From Eledone cirrhosa (taxonomy: Eukaryota), in assembly GCA_964016885.1 (NCBI GenBank), contig OZ024742.1, positions 372,930,001 through 372,994,000 of the forward strand: a stretch of DNA of 64,000 bases. The letters are read 5' to 3'. A model generated the notes under the pieces. That model did no database searches. It saw only the letters and a program-made list of their open reading frames with translations, and was not told the DNA's origin. Below, one piece after another: positions 13,001-27,100 of this stretch. How positions within the stretch are numbered: position 1 is the stretch's first letter; every line of letters starts with the position of its first letter. Made by a program: the position numbers and the translations under genes.

Positions 13001-15900
13001 TCTCATTCTATTAACTGTAAATCTCTTTCTATATAAACTGTAAATCTCATTCTATATAAACTGTAAATCTCATTCTATGAACTGTAAATCTCTTTCTATA
13101 TAAACTGTAAATCTCATTCTATATAAACTGTAAATCTCATTCTATGAACTGTAAATCTCTTTCTATATAAGCTGTAAATCTCATTCTATATAAACTGTAA
13201 ATCTCTTTCTATATAAACTGTAAATCTCATTCTATAAAAACTGTGAATCTCATTCTATATAAACTGTAAATCTCTTTCTATATAAACTGTAAATCTCATT
13301 CTATGTAAACTGTAAATCTCATTCTATATAAACTGTAAATCTCTTTCTATATAAACTGTAAATCTCATTCTATATAAACTGTAAATCTCTTTCTATATAA
13401 ACTGTAAATCTGATTCTATATAAACTGTAACTCTCATTTTATATAAACTGTGAATCTCATTCTATATAAACTGTATATCTCATTCTATATAAACTGTAAA
13501 TCTCATTCGATAAACTGTAAATCTCTTTATATATAAACTGTAAATCTCATTCTATATAAACTGAAAACCTCTTTCTATATAAACTGTAAATCTCATTCTA
13601 TATAAACTGTAAATCTCATTCTATAAACTGTAAATCTCTTTCTATCTAAACTGTAAATCTCATTCTACATAAACTGTTAATCTCTTTCTATATAAACTGT
13701 AAATCTCATTCTATATAAACTGTCAATCTCATTCTATATAAACTGTAAATCTATTTCTAAATAAACTGTAAATCTCATTCTATATAAACTGTGAATCTCA
13801 TTCTATATAAACTGTAAATCTCACTCTATATAAACTGTAAATCTCATTTGATAAACTGTAAATCTCTTTTTATATAAACTGTAAATCTCATTCTATATAA
13901 ACTGGAAATCTCTTTCTATAAACTGTAAATCTCATTCTATAAACTGTAAATCTCTTTCTATATAAACTGTAAATCTCATTCTATATAAACTATAAATCTC
14001 ATTCTATAAACTGTACATCTCTTTCTATATAAACTGTAAATCTCATTCTATATAAACTGTAAATCTCTTTCTATATAAACTGTAAATCTCATTCTATATA
14101 AACTGTAAATCTCATTCTATATAAACTGTGAATCTCATTCTATATAAACTGTATATCTCATTCTATATAAACTGTAAATCTCATTCGATAAACTGTAAAT
14201 CTCTTTTTATATAAACTGTAAATCTCATTCTATATAACCTGGAAATCTCTTTCTATAAACTGTAAATCTCCTTCTATATAAACTGTAAATCTCATTCTAC
14301 ATAAACTGTAAATCTCTTTCTATATAAACTGTAAATCTCATTCTATAAACTGTAAATCTCTTTCTATATAAACTGTAAATCTCATTCTACATAAACTGCA
14401 AATCTCATTCTATATAAACTGTAAATCTCATTCTATATAAACTGTAAATCTCTTTCTAAATAAACTGTAAATCTCATTCTATATAAACTGTGAATCTCAT
14501 TCTATATAAACTGTAAATCTCACTCTATATAAACTGTAAATCTCATTCGATAAACTGTAAATCTCTTTTTGTATAAACTGTAAATCTCATTCTATATAAA
14601 CTGTAAATCTCATTCTATAAACTGTAAATCTCTTTCTATATAAACTGTGAATCTCATTCTATATAAACTGTATATCTCATTCTATATAAACTGTAAATCT
14701 CATTCGATAAACTGTAAATCTCTTTTTATATAAACTGTAAATCTCTTTCTATATAAACTGTAAATCTCATTCTATATAAACTGTAAATCTCTTTCTATAT
14801 AAACTGTAAATTTCATTCTATAAACTCTAAATCTCTTTCTATATAAACTGTAAATCTCATTCTATATAAACTGTAAATCTCTTTCTATATAAACTGTAAA
14901 TCTCATTCTATATAAACTGAATCTCATTCTATATAAACTGTAAATCTCTTTCTATATAAACTGTAAATCTCATTCTATATAAACTGTAAATCTCATTCTA
15001 TATAAACTGTAAATCTCATTCTATAAACTGTAAATCTCTTTCTATATAAACTGTAAATCTCATTCTATATAAGCTGTAAATCTCATTCTATTAACTGTAA
15101 ATCTCATTCTATATAAACTGTAAATCTCATTCTATATAAACTGTATATATCATTCTATAAACTGTAAATCTCAGTCTATAAACTGTAAATCTCTTTCTAT
15201 ATAAACTGTAAATCTCTTTCTATATGAACTGTAAATCTCTTTCTATATAAACTGTAAATCTCATTCTATATAAGCTGTAAATCTCATTCTATGAACTGTA
15301 AATCTCTTTCTATATAAACTGTAAATCTCATTCTATATAAACTGTAAATCTCATTCTATGAACTGTAAATCTCTTTCTATATAAACTGTAAATTTCATTC
15401 TATATAAACTGTAAATCTCTTTCTATATAAACTGTAAATTTCATTCTATAAACTGTAAATCTCTTTCTATATAAACTGTAAATCTCATTCTATATAAACT
15501 GTAAATCTCTTTCTATATAAACTGTAAATTTCATTCTATATAAACTGTGAATCTCATTCTATATAAACTGTAAATCTCTTTCTATATCAAATGTAAATCT
15601 CATTCTATATAAACTGTAAATCTCATTCTATATAAACTGTAAATCTAATTCTATAAACTGTAAATCTCTTTCTATATAAACTGTAAATCTCATTCTATAG
15701 AAGCTGTAAATCTCATTCTATAAACTGTAAATCTCAGTCTATAAACTGTAAATCTCTTTCTATATAAACTGTAAATCTCTTTCTATATGAACTGTAAATC
15801 TCTTTCTATATAAACTGTAAATCTCATTCTACATAAACTGTAAATCTCATTCTATAAACTGTAAATCTCTTTCTATATAAACTGTAAATCTCATTCTATA
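10050..15900. repeat. Diverged ~2.9-3.0-kb tandem duplication (2 copies; boundaries approximate)
   Basis: TGTCAAT at 10724/13721 (offset 2997), CTGAATCTC TA-deletion monomer at 12031/14917 (2886), CAAATG at 12679/15588 (2909). The order of variants is shared, with monomer-scale indels and private substitutions. Confidence 0.72.
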
Positions 15901-15940
15901 TAAACTGTATATATCATTCTATAAACTGTAAATCTCAGTC

Positions 15941-18900
15941 TATAAACTGTAAATCTCTTTCTATATAAACTGTAAATCTCTTTCTATATGAACTGTAAAT
16001 CTCTTTCTATATAAACTGTAAATCTCATTCTATATAAGCTGTAAATCTCATTCTATGAACTGTAAATCTCTTTCTATATAAACTGTAATTCTCATTCTAC
16101 ATAAACTGTAAATCTCATTCTATAAACTGTAAATCTCTTTCTATATAAACTGTAAATCTCATTCTATATAAACTGTAAATCTCTTTCTATATAAACTGTA
16201 AATTTCATTCTATAAAGTGTAAATCTCTTTCTATATAAACTGTAAATCTCATTCTATATAAACTGTAAATCTCTTTCTATATAAACTGTAAATCTCATTC
16301 TATATAAACTGGGAATCTCATTCTATATAAACTGTAAATCTCTTTCTATATAAACTGTAAATCTCATTCTATATAAACTGTAAATCTCATTCTATAAACT
16401 GTAAATCTCTTTCAATATCAACTGTAAATCTCATTCTATATAAGCTGTAAATCTCATTCTATTAACTGTAAATCTCTTTCTATATAAACTGTAAATCTCA
16501 TTCTATATAAATTGTATATATCATTCTATAAACTGTAAATCTCAGTCTATAAACTGTAAATCTCTTTCTATATAAACTGTAAATCTCCTTCTATATGAAC
16601 TGTAAATCTCATTCTATATAAACTGTAAATCTCATTCTATATAAACTGTAAATCTCATTCTATAAACTGTAAATCTCTTTCTATATAAACTGTAAATCTC
16701 CTTCTATATAAGCTGTAAATCTCATTCTATTAACTGTAAATCTCTTTCTATATAAACTGGAAATCTCATTCTATATAAACTGTATATATCATTCTATAAA
16801 CTGTAAATCTCAGTCTATAAACTGTAAATCTCTTTCTATATAAACTGTAAATCTCCTTCTATATGAACTGTAAATCTCTTTCTATATAAACTGTAAATCT
16901 CATTCTATGTAATCTGTAAATCTCATTCTATGAACTGTAAATCTCTTTCTATATAAACTGTAAATCTCATTCTATATAAACTGTAAATCTCATTCTATGA
17001 ACTGTAAATCTCTTTCTATATAAGCTGTAAATCTCATTCTATATAAACTGTAAATCTATTTCTATATAAACTGTAAATCTGATTCTATATAAACTGTAAA
17101 TCCCATTCTATAAACTGTAAATCTCTTTCTATATAACCTGTAAATCTCTTTCTATATAAACTGTAAATCTCTTGCTATAAACTGTAAATATCATTCTATA
17201 TAACCTGTAAATCTCTTTCTATATAAACTCTGAATCTGATTCTATATAAACTGTAACTCTCATTTTATATAAACTGTGAATCTCATTCTATATAAACTGT
17301 ATATCTCATTCTATATAAACTGTAAATCTCATTCGATAAACTGTAAATCTCTTTATATATAAACTGTAAATCTCATTCTATATAAACTGAAAATCTCTTT
17401 CTATATAAACTGTAAATCTCATTCTATATAAACTGTAAATATCATTCTATAAACTGTAAATCTCTTTCTATCTAAACTGTACATCTCATTCTACATAAAC
17501 TGTAAATCTCTTTCTATATAAACTGTAAATCTCATTCTATATAAACTGTAAATCTCTTTCTATATAAACTGTAAATTTCATTCTATAAACTGTAAATCTC
17601 TTTCTATATAAACTGTAAATCTCATTCTATATAAACTGTAAATCTCTTTCTATATAAACTGTAAATCTTATTCCATATAAACTGTGAATCTCATTCTATA
17701 TAAACTGTAAATCTCATTCTATATAAACTGTAAATCTCATTCTATAAACTGTAAATCTCTTTCTATATCAAGGGTAAATCTCATTCTATATAAGCTGTAA
17801 ATCTCATTCTATTAACTGTAAATCTCATTCTATATAAATTGTATATATCATTCTATAAACTGTAAATCTCAGTCTATAAACTGTAAATCTCTTTCTATAT
17901 AAACTGTAAATCTCCTTCTATATGAACTGTAAATCTCATTCTATATAAACTGTAAATCTCATTCTATAAACTGTAAATCTCTTTCTATATAAACTATAAA
18001 TCTCCTTCTATATAAGCTGTAAATCTCATTCTATTAACTGTAAATCTCTTTCTATATAAACTGTAAATCTCATTCTATATAAACTGTATATATCATTCTA
18101 TAAACTGTAAATCTCAGTCTATAAACTGTAAATCTCTTTCTATATAAACTGTAAATCTCCTTCTATATGAACTGTAAATCTCTTTCTATATAAACTGTAA
18201 ATCTCATTCTATGTAAGCTGTAAATCTCATTCTATGAACTGTAAATCTCTTTCTATATAAACTGTAAATCTCATTCTATATAAACTGTAAATCTCATTCT
18301 ATGAACTGTAAATCTCTTTCTATCTAAACTGTAAATCTCATTCTACATAAACTGTAAATCTCTTTCTATATAAACTGTAAATCTCATTCTATATAAACTG
18401 TAAATCTCTTTCTATATAAACTGTAAATTTCATTCTATAAACTGTAAATCTCTTTCTATATAAACTGTAAATCTCATTCTATATAAACTGTAAATCTCTT
18501 TCTATATAAACTGTAAATCTTATTCCATATAAACTGTGAATCTCATTCTATATAAACTGTAAATCTCTTTCTATATAAACTGTAAATCTCTTTCTATATG
18601 AACTGTAAATCTCTTTCTATATAAACTGTAAATCTCATTCTATATAAGCTGTAAATCTCATTCTATGAACTGTAAATCTCTTTCTATATAAACTGTAATT
18701 CTCATTCTACATAAACTGTAAATCTCATTCTATAAACTGTAAATCTCTTTCTATATAAACTGTAAATCTCATTCTATATAAACTGTAAATCTCTTTCTAT
18801 ATAAACTGTAAATTTCATTCTATAAAGTGTAAATCTCTTTCTATATAAACTGTAAATCTCATTCTATATAAACTGTAAATCTCTTTCTATATAAACTGTA

Positions 18901-21160
18901 AATCTCATTCTATATAAACTGGGAATCTCATTCTATATAAACTGTAAATCTCTTTCTATATAAACTGTAAATCTCATTCTATATAAACTGTAAATCTCAT
19001 TCTATAAACTGTAAATCTCTTTCAATATCAACTGTAAATCTCATTCTATATAAGCTGTAAATCTCATTCTATTAACTGTAAATCTCTTTCTATATAAACT
19101 GTAAATCTCATTCTATATAAATTGTATATATCATTCTATAAACTGTAAATCTCAGTCTATAAACTGTAAATCTCTTTCTATATAAACTGTAAATCTCCTT
19201 CTATATGAACTGTAAATCTCATTCTATATAAACTGTAAATCTCATTCTATATAAACTGTAAATCTCATTCTATAAACTGTAAATCTCTTTCTATATAAAC
19301 TGTAAATCTCCTTCTATATAAGCTGTAAATCTCATTCTATTAACTGTAAATCTCTTTCTATATAAACTGGAAATCTCATTCTATATAAACTGTATATATC
19401 ATTCTATAAACTGTAAATCTCAGTCTATAAACTGTAAATCTCTTTCTATATAAACTGTAAATCTCCTTCTATATGAACTGTAAATCTCTTTCTATATAAA
19501 CTGTAAATCTCATTCTATGTAATCTGTAAATCTCATTCTATGAACTGTAAATCTCTTTCTATATAAACTGTAAATCTCATTCTATATAAACTGTAAATCT
19601 CATTCTATGAACTGTAAATCTCTTTCTATATAAGCTGTAAATCTCATTCTATATAAACTGTAAATCTATTTCTATATAAACTGTAAATCTGATTCTATAT
19701 AAACTGTAAATCCCATTCTATAAACTGTAAATCTCTTTCTATATAACCTGTAAATCTCTTTCTATATAAACTGTAAATCTCTTGCTATAAACTGTAAATA
19801 TCATTCTATATAACCTGTAAATCTCTTTCTATATAAACTCTGAATCTGATTCTATATAAACTGTAACTCTCATTTTATATAAACTGTGAATCTCATTCTA
19901 TATAAACTGTATATCTCATTCTATATAAACTGTAAATCTCATTCGATAAACTGTAAATCTCTTTATATATAAACTGTAAATCTCATTCTATATAAACTGA
20001 AAATCTCTTTCTATATAAACTGTAAATCTCATTCTATATAAACTGTAAATATCATTCTATAAACTGTAAATCTCTTTCTATCTAAACTGTACATCTCATT
20101 CTACATAAACTGTAAATCTCTTTCTATATAAACTGTAAATCTCATTCTATATAAACTGTAAATCTCTTTCTATATAAACTGTAAATTTCATTCTATAAAC
20201 TGTAAATCTCTTTCTATATAAACTGTAAATCTCATTCTATATAAACTGTAAATCTCTTTCTATATAAACTGTAAATCTTATTCCATATAAACTGTGAATC
20301 TCATTCTATATAAACTGTAAATCTCATTCTATATAAACTGTAAATCTCATTCTATAAACTGTAAATCTCTTTCTATATCAAGGGTAAATCTCATTCTATA
20401 TAAGCTGTAAATCTCATTCTATTAACTGTAAATCTCATTCTATATAAATTGTATATATCATTCTATAAACTGTAAATCTCAGTCTATAAACTGTAAATCT
20501 CTTTCTATATAAACTGTAAATCTCCTTCTATATGAACTGTAAATCTCATTCTATATAAACTGTAAATCTCATTCTATAAACTGTAAATCTCTTTCTATAT
20601 AAACTATAAATCTCCTTCTATATAAGCTGTAAATCTCATTCTATTAACTGTAAATCTCTTTCTATATAAACTGTAAATCTCATTCTATATAAACTGTATA
20701 TATCATTCTATAAACTGTAAATCTCAGTCTATAAACTGTAAATCTCTTTCTATATAAACTGTAAATCTCCTTCTATATGAACTGTAAATCTCTTTCTATA
20801 TAAACTGTAAATCTCATTCTATGTAAGCTGTAAATCTCATTCTATGAACTGTAAATCTCTTTCTATATAAACTGTAAATCTCATTCTATATAAACTGTAA
20901 ATCTCATTCTATGAACTGTAAATCTCTTTCTATCTAAACTGTAAATCTCATTCTACATAAACTGTAAATCTCTTTCTATATAAACTGTAAATCTCATTCT
21001 ATATAAACTGTAAATCTCTTTCTATATAAACTGTAAATTTCATTCTATAAACTGTAAATCTCTTTCTATATAAACTGTAAATCTCATTCTATATAAACTG
21101 TAAATCTCTTTCTATATAAACTGTAAATCTTATTCCATATAAACTGTGAATCTCATTCTA
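15941..21160. repeat. Near-exact 2,610-bp tandem duplication (15941-18550 / 18551-21160)
   Basis: Constant offset of 2610 for AACTGTAATT (16081/18691), GGGAATCTC (16311/18921), AGGGT (17771/20381) and TATTCC (18521/21131). Confidence 0.93.
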
Positions 21161-24100
21161 TATAAACTGTAAATCTCTTTCTATATAAACTGTAAATCTC
21201 ATTCTATATAAACTGTAAATCTCATTCTATAAACTGTAAATCTCTTTCTATATCAAGGGTAAATCTCATTCTATATAAGCTGTAAATCTCATTCTATTAA
21301 CTGTAAATCTCATTCTATATAAATTGTATATATCATTCTATAAACTGTAAATCTCAGTCTATAAACTGTAAATCTCTTTCTATATAAACTGTAAATCTCC
21401 TTCTATATGAACTGTAAATCTCATTCTATATAAACTGTAAATCTCATTCTATAAACTGTAAATCTCTTTCTATATAAACTATAAATCTCCTTCTATATAA
21501 GCTGTAAATCTCATTCTATTAACTGTAAATCTCTTTCTATATAAACTGTAAATCTCATTCTATATAAACTGTATATATCATTCTATAAACTGTAAATCTC
21601 AGTCTATAAACTGTAAATCTCTTTCTATATAAACTGTAAATCTCCTTCTATATGAACTGTAAATCTCTTTCTATATAAACTGTAAATCTCATTCTATGTA
21701 AGCTGTAAATCTCATTCTATGAACTGTAAATCTCTTTCTATATAAACTGTAAATCTCATTCTATATAAACTGTAAATCTCATTCTATGAACTGTAAATCT
21801 CTTTCTATATAAGCTGTAAATCTCATTCTATATAAACTGTAAATCTCTTTCTATATAAACTGTAAATCTCATTCTATATAAACTGTGAATCTCATTCTAT
21901 ATAAACTGTAAATCTCTTTCTATATAAACTGTAAATCTCATTCTATGTAAACTGTAAATCTCATTCTATATAAACTGTAAATCTCTTTCTATATAAACTG
22001 TAAATCTCATTCTATATAAACTGTAAATCTCTTTCTATATAAATTGTAAATCTGATTCTATATAAACTGTAAATCCCATTCTATAAACTGTAAATCTCTT
22101 TCTATATAACCTGTAAATCTCTTTCTATATAAACTGTAAATCTCTTGCTATAAACTGTAAATATCATTCTATATAACCTGTAAATCTCTTTCTATATAAA
22201 CTCTGAATCTGATTCTATATAAACTGTAACTCTCATTTTATATAAACTGTGAATCTCATTCTATATAAACTGTATATCTCATTCTATATAAACTGTAAAT
22301 CTCATTCGATAAACTGTAAATCTCTTTCTATCTAAACTGTAAATCTCATTCTACATTAACTGTAAATCTCTTTCTATATAAACTGTAAATCTCATTCTAT
22401 ATAAACTGTCAATCTCATTCTATATTAACTGTAAATCTATTTCTAAATAAACTGTAAATCTCATTCTATATAAACTGAAAATCTCTTTCTATATAAACTG
22501 TAAATCTCATTCTATATAAACTGTAAATCTCATTCTATAAACTGTAAATCTCTTTCTATCTAAACTGTAAATCTCATTCTACATTAACTGTAAATCTCTT
22601 TCTATATAAACTGTAAATCTCATTCTATATAAACTGTCAATCTCATTCTATATAAACTGTAAATCTATTTCTAAATAAACTGTAAATCTCATTCTATATA
22701 AACTGTGAATCTCATTCTATATAAACTGTAAATCTCACTCTATATAAACTGTAAATCTCATTTGATAAACTGTAAATCTCTTTTTATATAAACTGTAAAT
22801 CTCATTCTATATAAACTGTAAATCTCATTCTATAAACTGTAAATCTCTTTCTATATAAACTGTAAATCTCATTCTATATAAGCTGTAAATCTCATTCTAT
22901 TAACTGTAAATCTCATTCTATATAAACTGTAAATCTCATTCTATATAAACTGTATATATCATTCTATAAACTGTAAATCTCAGTCTATAAACTGTAAATC
23001 TCTTTCTATATAAACTGTAAATCTCTTTCTATATGAACTGTAAATCTCTTTCTATATAAACTGTAAATCTCATTCTATATAAGCTGTAAATCTCATTCTA
23101 TGAACTGTAAATCTCTTTCTATATAAACTGTAAATCTCATTCTATATAAACTGTAAATCTCATTCTATGAACTGTAAATCTCTTTCTATATAAACTGTAA
23201 ATCTCATTCTATATAAACTGTAAATCTCTTTCTATATAAACTGTAAATTTCATTCTATAAACTGTAAATCTCTTTCTATATAAACTGTAAATCTCATTCT
23301 ATATAAACTGTAAATCTCTTTCTATATAAACTGTAAATCTCATTCTATATAAACTGTGAATCTCATTCTATATAAACTGTAAATCTCTTTCTATATCAAA
23401 TGTAAATCTCATTCTATATAAACTGTAAATCTCATTCTATATAAACTGTAAATCTCATTCTATAAACTGTAAATCTCTTTCTATATAAACTGTAAATCTC
23501 ATTCTATAGAAGCTGTAAATCTCATTCTATAAACTGTAAATCTCAGTCTATAAACTGTAAATCTCTTTCTATATAAACTGTAAATCTCTTTCTATATGAA
23601 CTGTAAATCTCTTTCTATATGAACTGTAAATCACATTCTATATAAGCTGTAAATCTCATTCTGTGAACTGTAAATCTCTTTCTATATAAACTGTAAATCT
23701 CATTCTACATAAACTGTAAATCTCATTCTATAAACTGTAAATCTCTTTCTATATAAACTGTAAATCTCATTCTATATAAACTGTATATATCATTCTATAA
23801 ACTGTAAATCTCAGTCTATAAACTGTAAATCTCTTTCTATATAAACTGTAAATCTCTTTCTATATGAACTGTAAATCTCTTTCTATATAAACTGTAAATC
23901 TCATTCTACATAAACTGTAAATCTCATTCTATAAACTGTAAATCTCTTTCTATATAAACTGTAAATCTCATTCTATTTAAACTGTAAATCTCTTTCTATA
24001 TAAACTGTAAATTTCATTCTATAAAGTGTAAATCTCTTTCTATATAAACTGTAAATCTCATTCTATATAAACTGTAAATCTCTTTCTATATAAACTGTAA

Positions 24101-27100
24101 ATCTCTTTCTATATAAACTGTGAATCTCATTCTATATAAACTGTAAATCTCTTTCTATATAAACTGTAAATCTCATTCTATATAAACTGTAAATCTCATT
24201 CTATAAACTGTAAATCTCTTTCTATATCAACTGTAAATCTCATTCTATATAAGCTGTAAATCTCATTCTATTAACTGTAAATCTCTTTCTATATAAACTG
24301 TAAATCTCATTCTATATAAATTGTATATATCATTCTATAAACTGTAAATCTCAGTCTATAAACTTTAAATCTCTTTCTATATAAACTGTAAATCTCCTTC
24401 TATATGAACTGTAAATCTCATTCTATATAAACTGTAAATCTCATTCTATATAAACTGTAAATCTCATTCTATAAACTGTAAATCTCTTTCTATATAAACT
24501 GTAAATCTCCTTCTATATAAGCTGTAAATCTCATTCTATTAACTGTAAATCTCTTTCTATATAAACTGTAAATCTCATTCTATATAAACTGTATATATCA
24601 TTCTATAAACTGTAAATCTCAGTCTATAAACTGTAAATCTCATTCTATATAAACTGTAAATCTCATTCTATGAACTGTAAATCTCTTTCTATATAAGCTG
24701 TAAATCTCATTCTATATAAACTGTAAATCTCTTTCTATATAAACTGTAAATCTCATTCTATATAAACTGTGAATCTCATTCTATATAAACTGTAAATCTC
24801 TTTCTATATAAACTGTAAATCTCATTCTATGTAAACTGTAAATCTCATTCTACATAAACTGTAAATCTCATTCTATATAAACTGTAAATCTCATTCTATA
24901 TAAACTGTAAATCTCTTTCTATATAAACTGTAAATCTGATTCTATATAAACTGTAAATCCCATTCTATAAACTGTAAATCTCTTTCTATATAACCTGTAA
25001 ATCTATTTCTATATAAACTGTAAATCTCTTGCTATAAACTGTAAATATCATTCTATATAACCTGTAAATCTCTTTCTATATAAACTCTGAATCTGATTCT
25101 ATATAAACTGTAACTCTCATTTTATATAAACTGTGAATCTCATTCTATATAAACTGTATATCTCATTCTATATAAACTGTAAATCTCATTCGATAAACTG
25201 TAAATCTCTTTATATATAAACTGTAAATCTCATTCTATATAAACTGAAAATCTCTTTCTATATAAACTGTAAATCTCATTCTATAAACTGTAAATCTCTT
25301 TCTATCTAAACTGTAAATCTCATTCTACATAAACTGTAAATCTCTTTCTATATAAACTGTAAATCTCATTCTATATAAACTGTAAATCTCTTTCTATATA
25401 AACTGTAAATTTCATTCTATAAACTGTAAATCTCTTTCTATATAAACTGTAAATCTCATTCTATATAAACTGTAAATCTCTTTCTATATAAACTGTAAAT
25501 CTCATTCTATATAAACTGTGAGTCTCATTCTATATAAACTGTAAATCTCTTTCTATATAAACTGTAAATCTCATTCTATATAAACTGTAAATCTCATTCT
25601 ATAAACTGTAAATCTCTTTCTATATCAACTGTAAATCTCATTCTATATAAGCTGTAAATCTCATTCTATTAACTGTAAATCTCTTTCTATATAAACTGTA
25701 AATCTCATTCTATATAAATTGTATATATCATTCTATAAACTGTAAATCTCAATCTATAAACTGTAAATCTCTTTCTATATAAACTGTAAATCTCCTTCTA
25801 TATGAACTGTAAATCTCATTCTATATAAACTGTAAATCTCATTCTATATAAATTGTAAATCTCATTCTATAAACTGTAAATCTCTTTCTATATAAACTGT
25901 AAATCTCCTTCTATATAAGCTGTAAATCTCATTCTATTAACTGTAAATCTCTTTCTATATAAACTGTAAATCTCATTCTATATAAACTGTATATATCATT
26001 CTATAAACTGTAAATCTCAGTCTATAAACTGTAAATCTCTTTCTATATAAACTGTAAATCTCCTTCTATATGAACTGTAAATCTCTTTCTATATAAACTG
26101 TAAATCTCATTCTATGTAAGCTGTAAATCTCATTCTATGAACTGTAAATCTCTTTCTATATAAACTGTAAATCTCATTCTATATAAACTGTAAATCTCAT
26201 TCTATGAACTGTAAATCTCTTTCTATATAAGCTGTAAATCTCATTCTATATAAACTGTAAATCTCTTTCTATATAAACTGTAAATCTCATTCTATATAAA
26301 CTGTGAATCTCATTCTATATAAACTGTAAATCTCTTTCTATATAAACTGTAAATCTCATTCTATGTAAACTGTAAATCTCATTCTATATAAACTGTAAAT
26401 CTCTTTCTATATAAACTGTAAATCTCATTCTATATAAACTGTAAATCTCTTTCTATATAAACTGTAAATCTGATTCTTTATAAACTGTAAATCCCATTCT
26501 ATAAACTGTAAATCTCTTTCTATATAACCTGTAAATCTCTTTCTATATAAACTGTAAATCTCTTGCTATAAACTGTAAATATCATTCTATATAACCTGTA
26601 AATCTCTTTCTATATAAACTCTGAATCTGATTCTATGTAAACTGTAACTCTCATTTTATATAAACTGTGAATCTCATTCTATATAAACTGTATATCTCAT
26701 TCTATATAAACTGTAAATCTCATTCGATAAACTGTAAATCTCTTTATATATAAACTGTAAATCTCATTCTATATAAACTGAAAATCTCTTTCTATATAAA
26801 CTGTAAATCTCATTCTATATAAACTGTAAATCTCATTCTATAAACTGTAAATCTCTTTCTATCTAAACTGTAAATCTCATTCTACATAAACTGTAAATCT
26901 CTTTCTATATAAACTGTAAATCTCATTCTATATAAACTGTAAATCTCTTTCTATATAAACTGTAAATTTCATTCTATAAACTGTAAATCTCTTTCTATAT
27001 AAACTGTAAATCTCATTCTATATAAACTGTAAATCTCTTTCTATATAAACTGTAAATCTCATTCTATATAAACTGTGAATCTCATTCTATATAAACTGTA

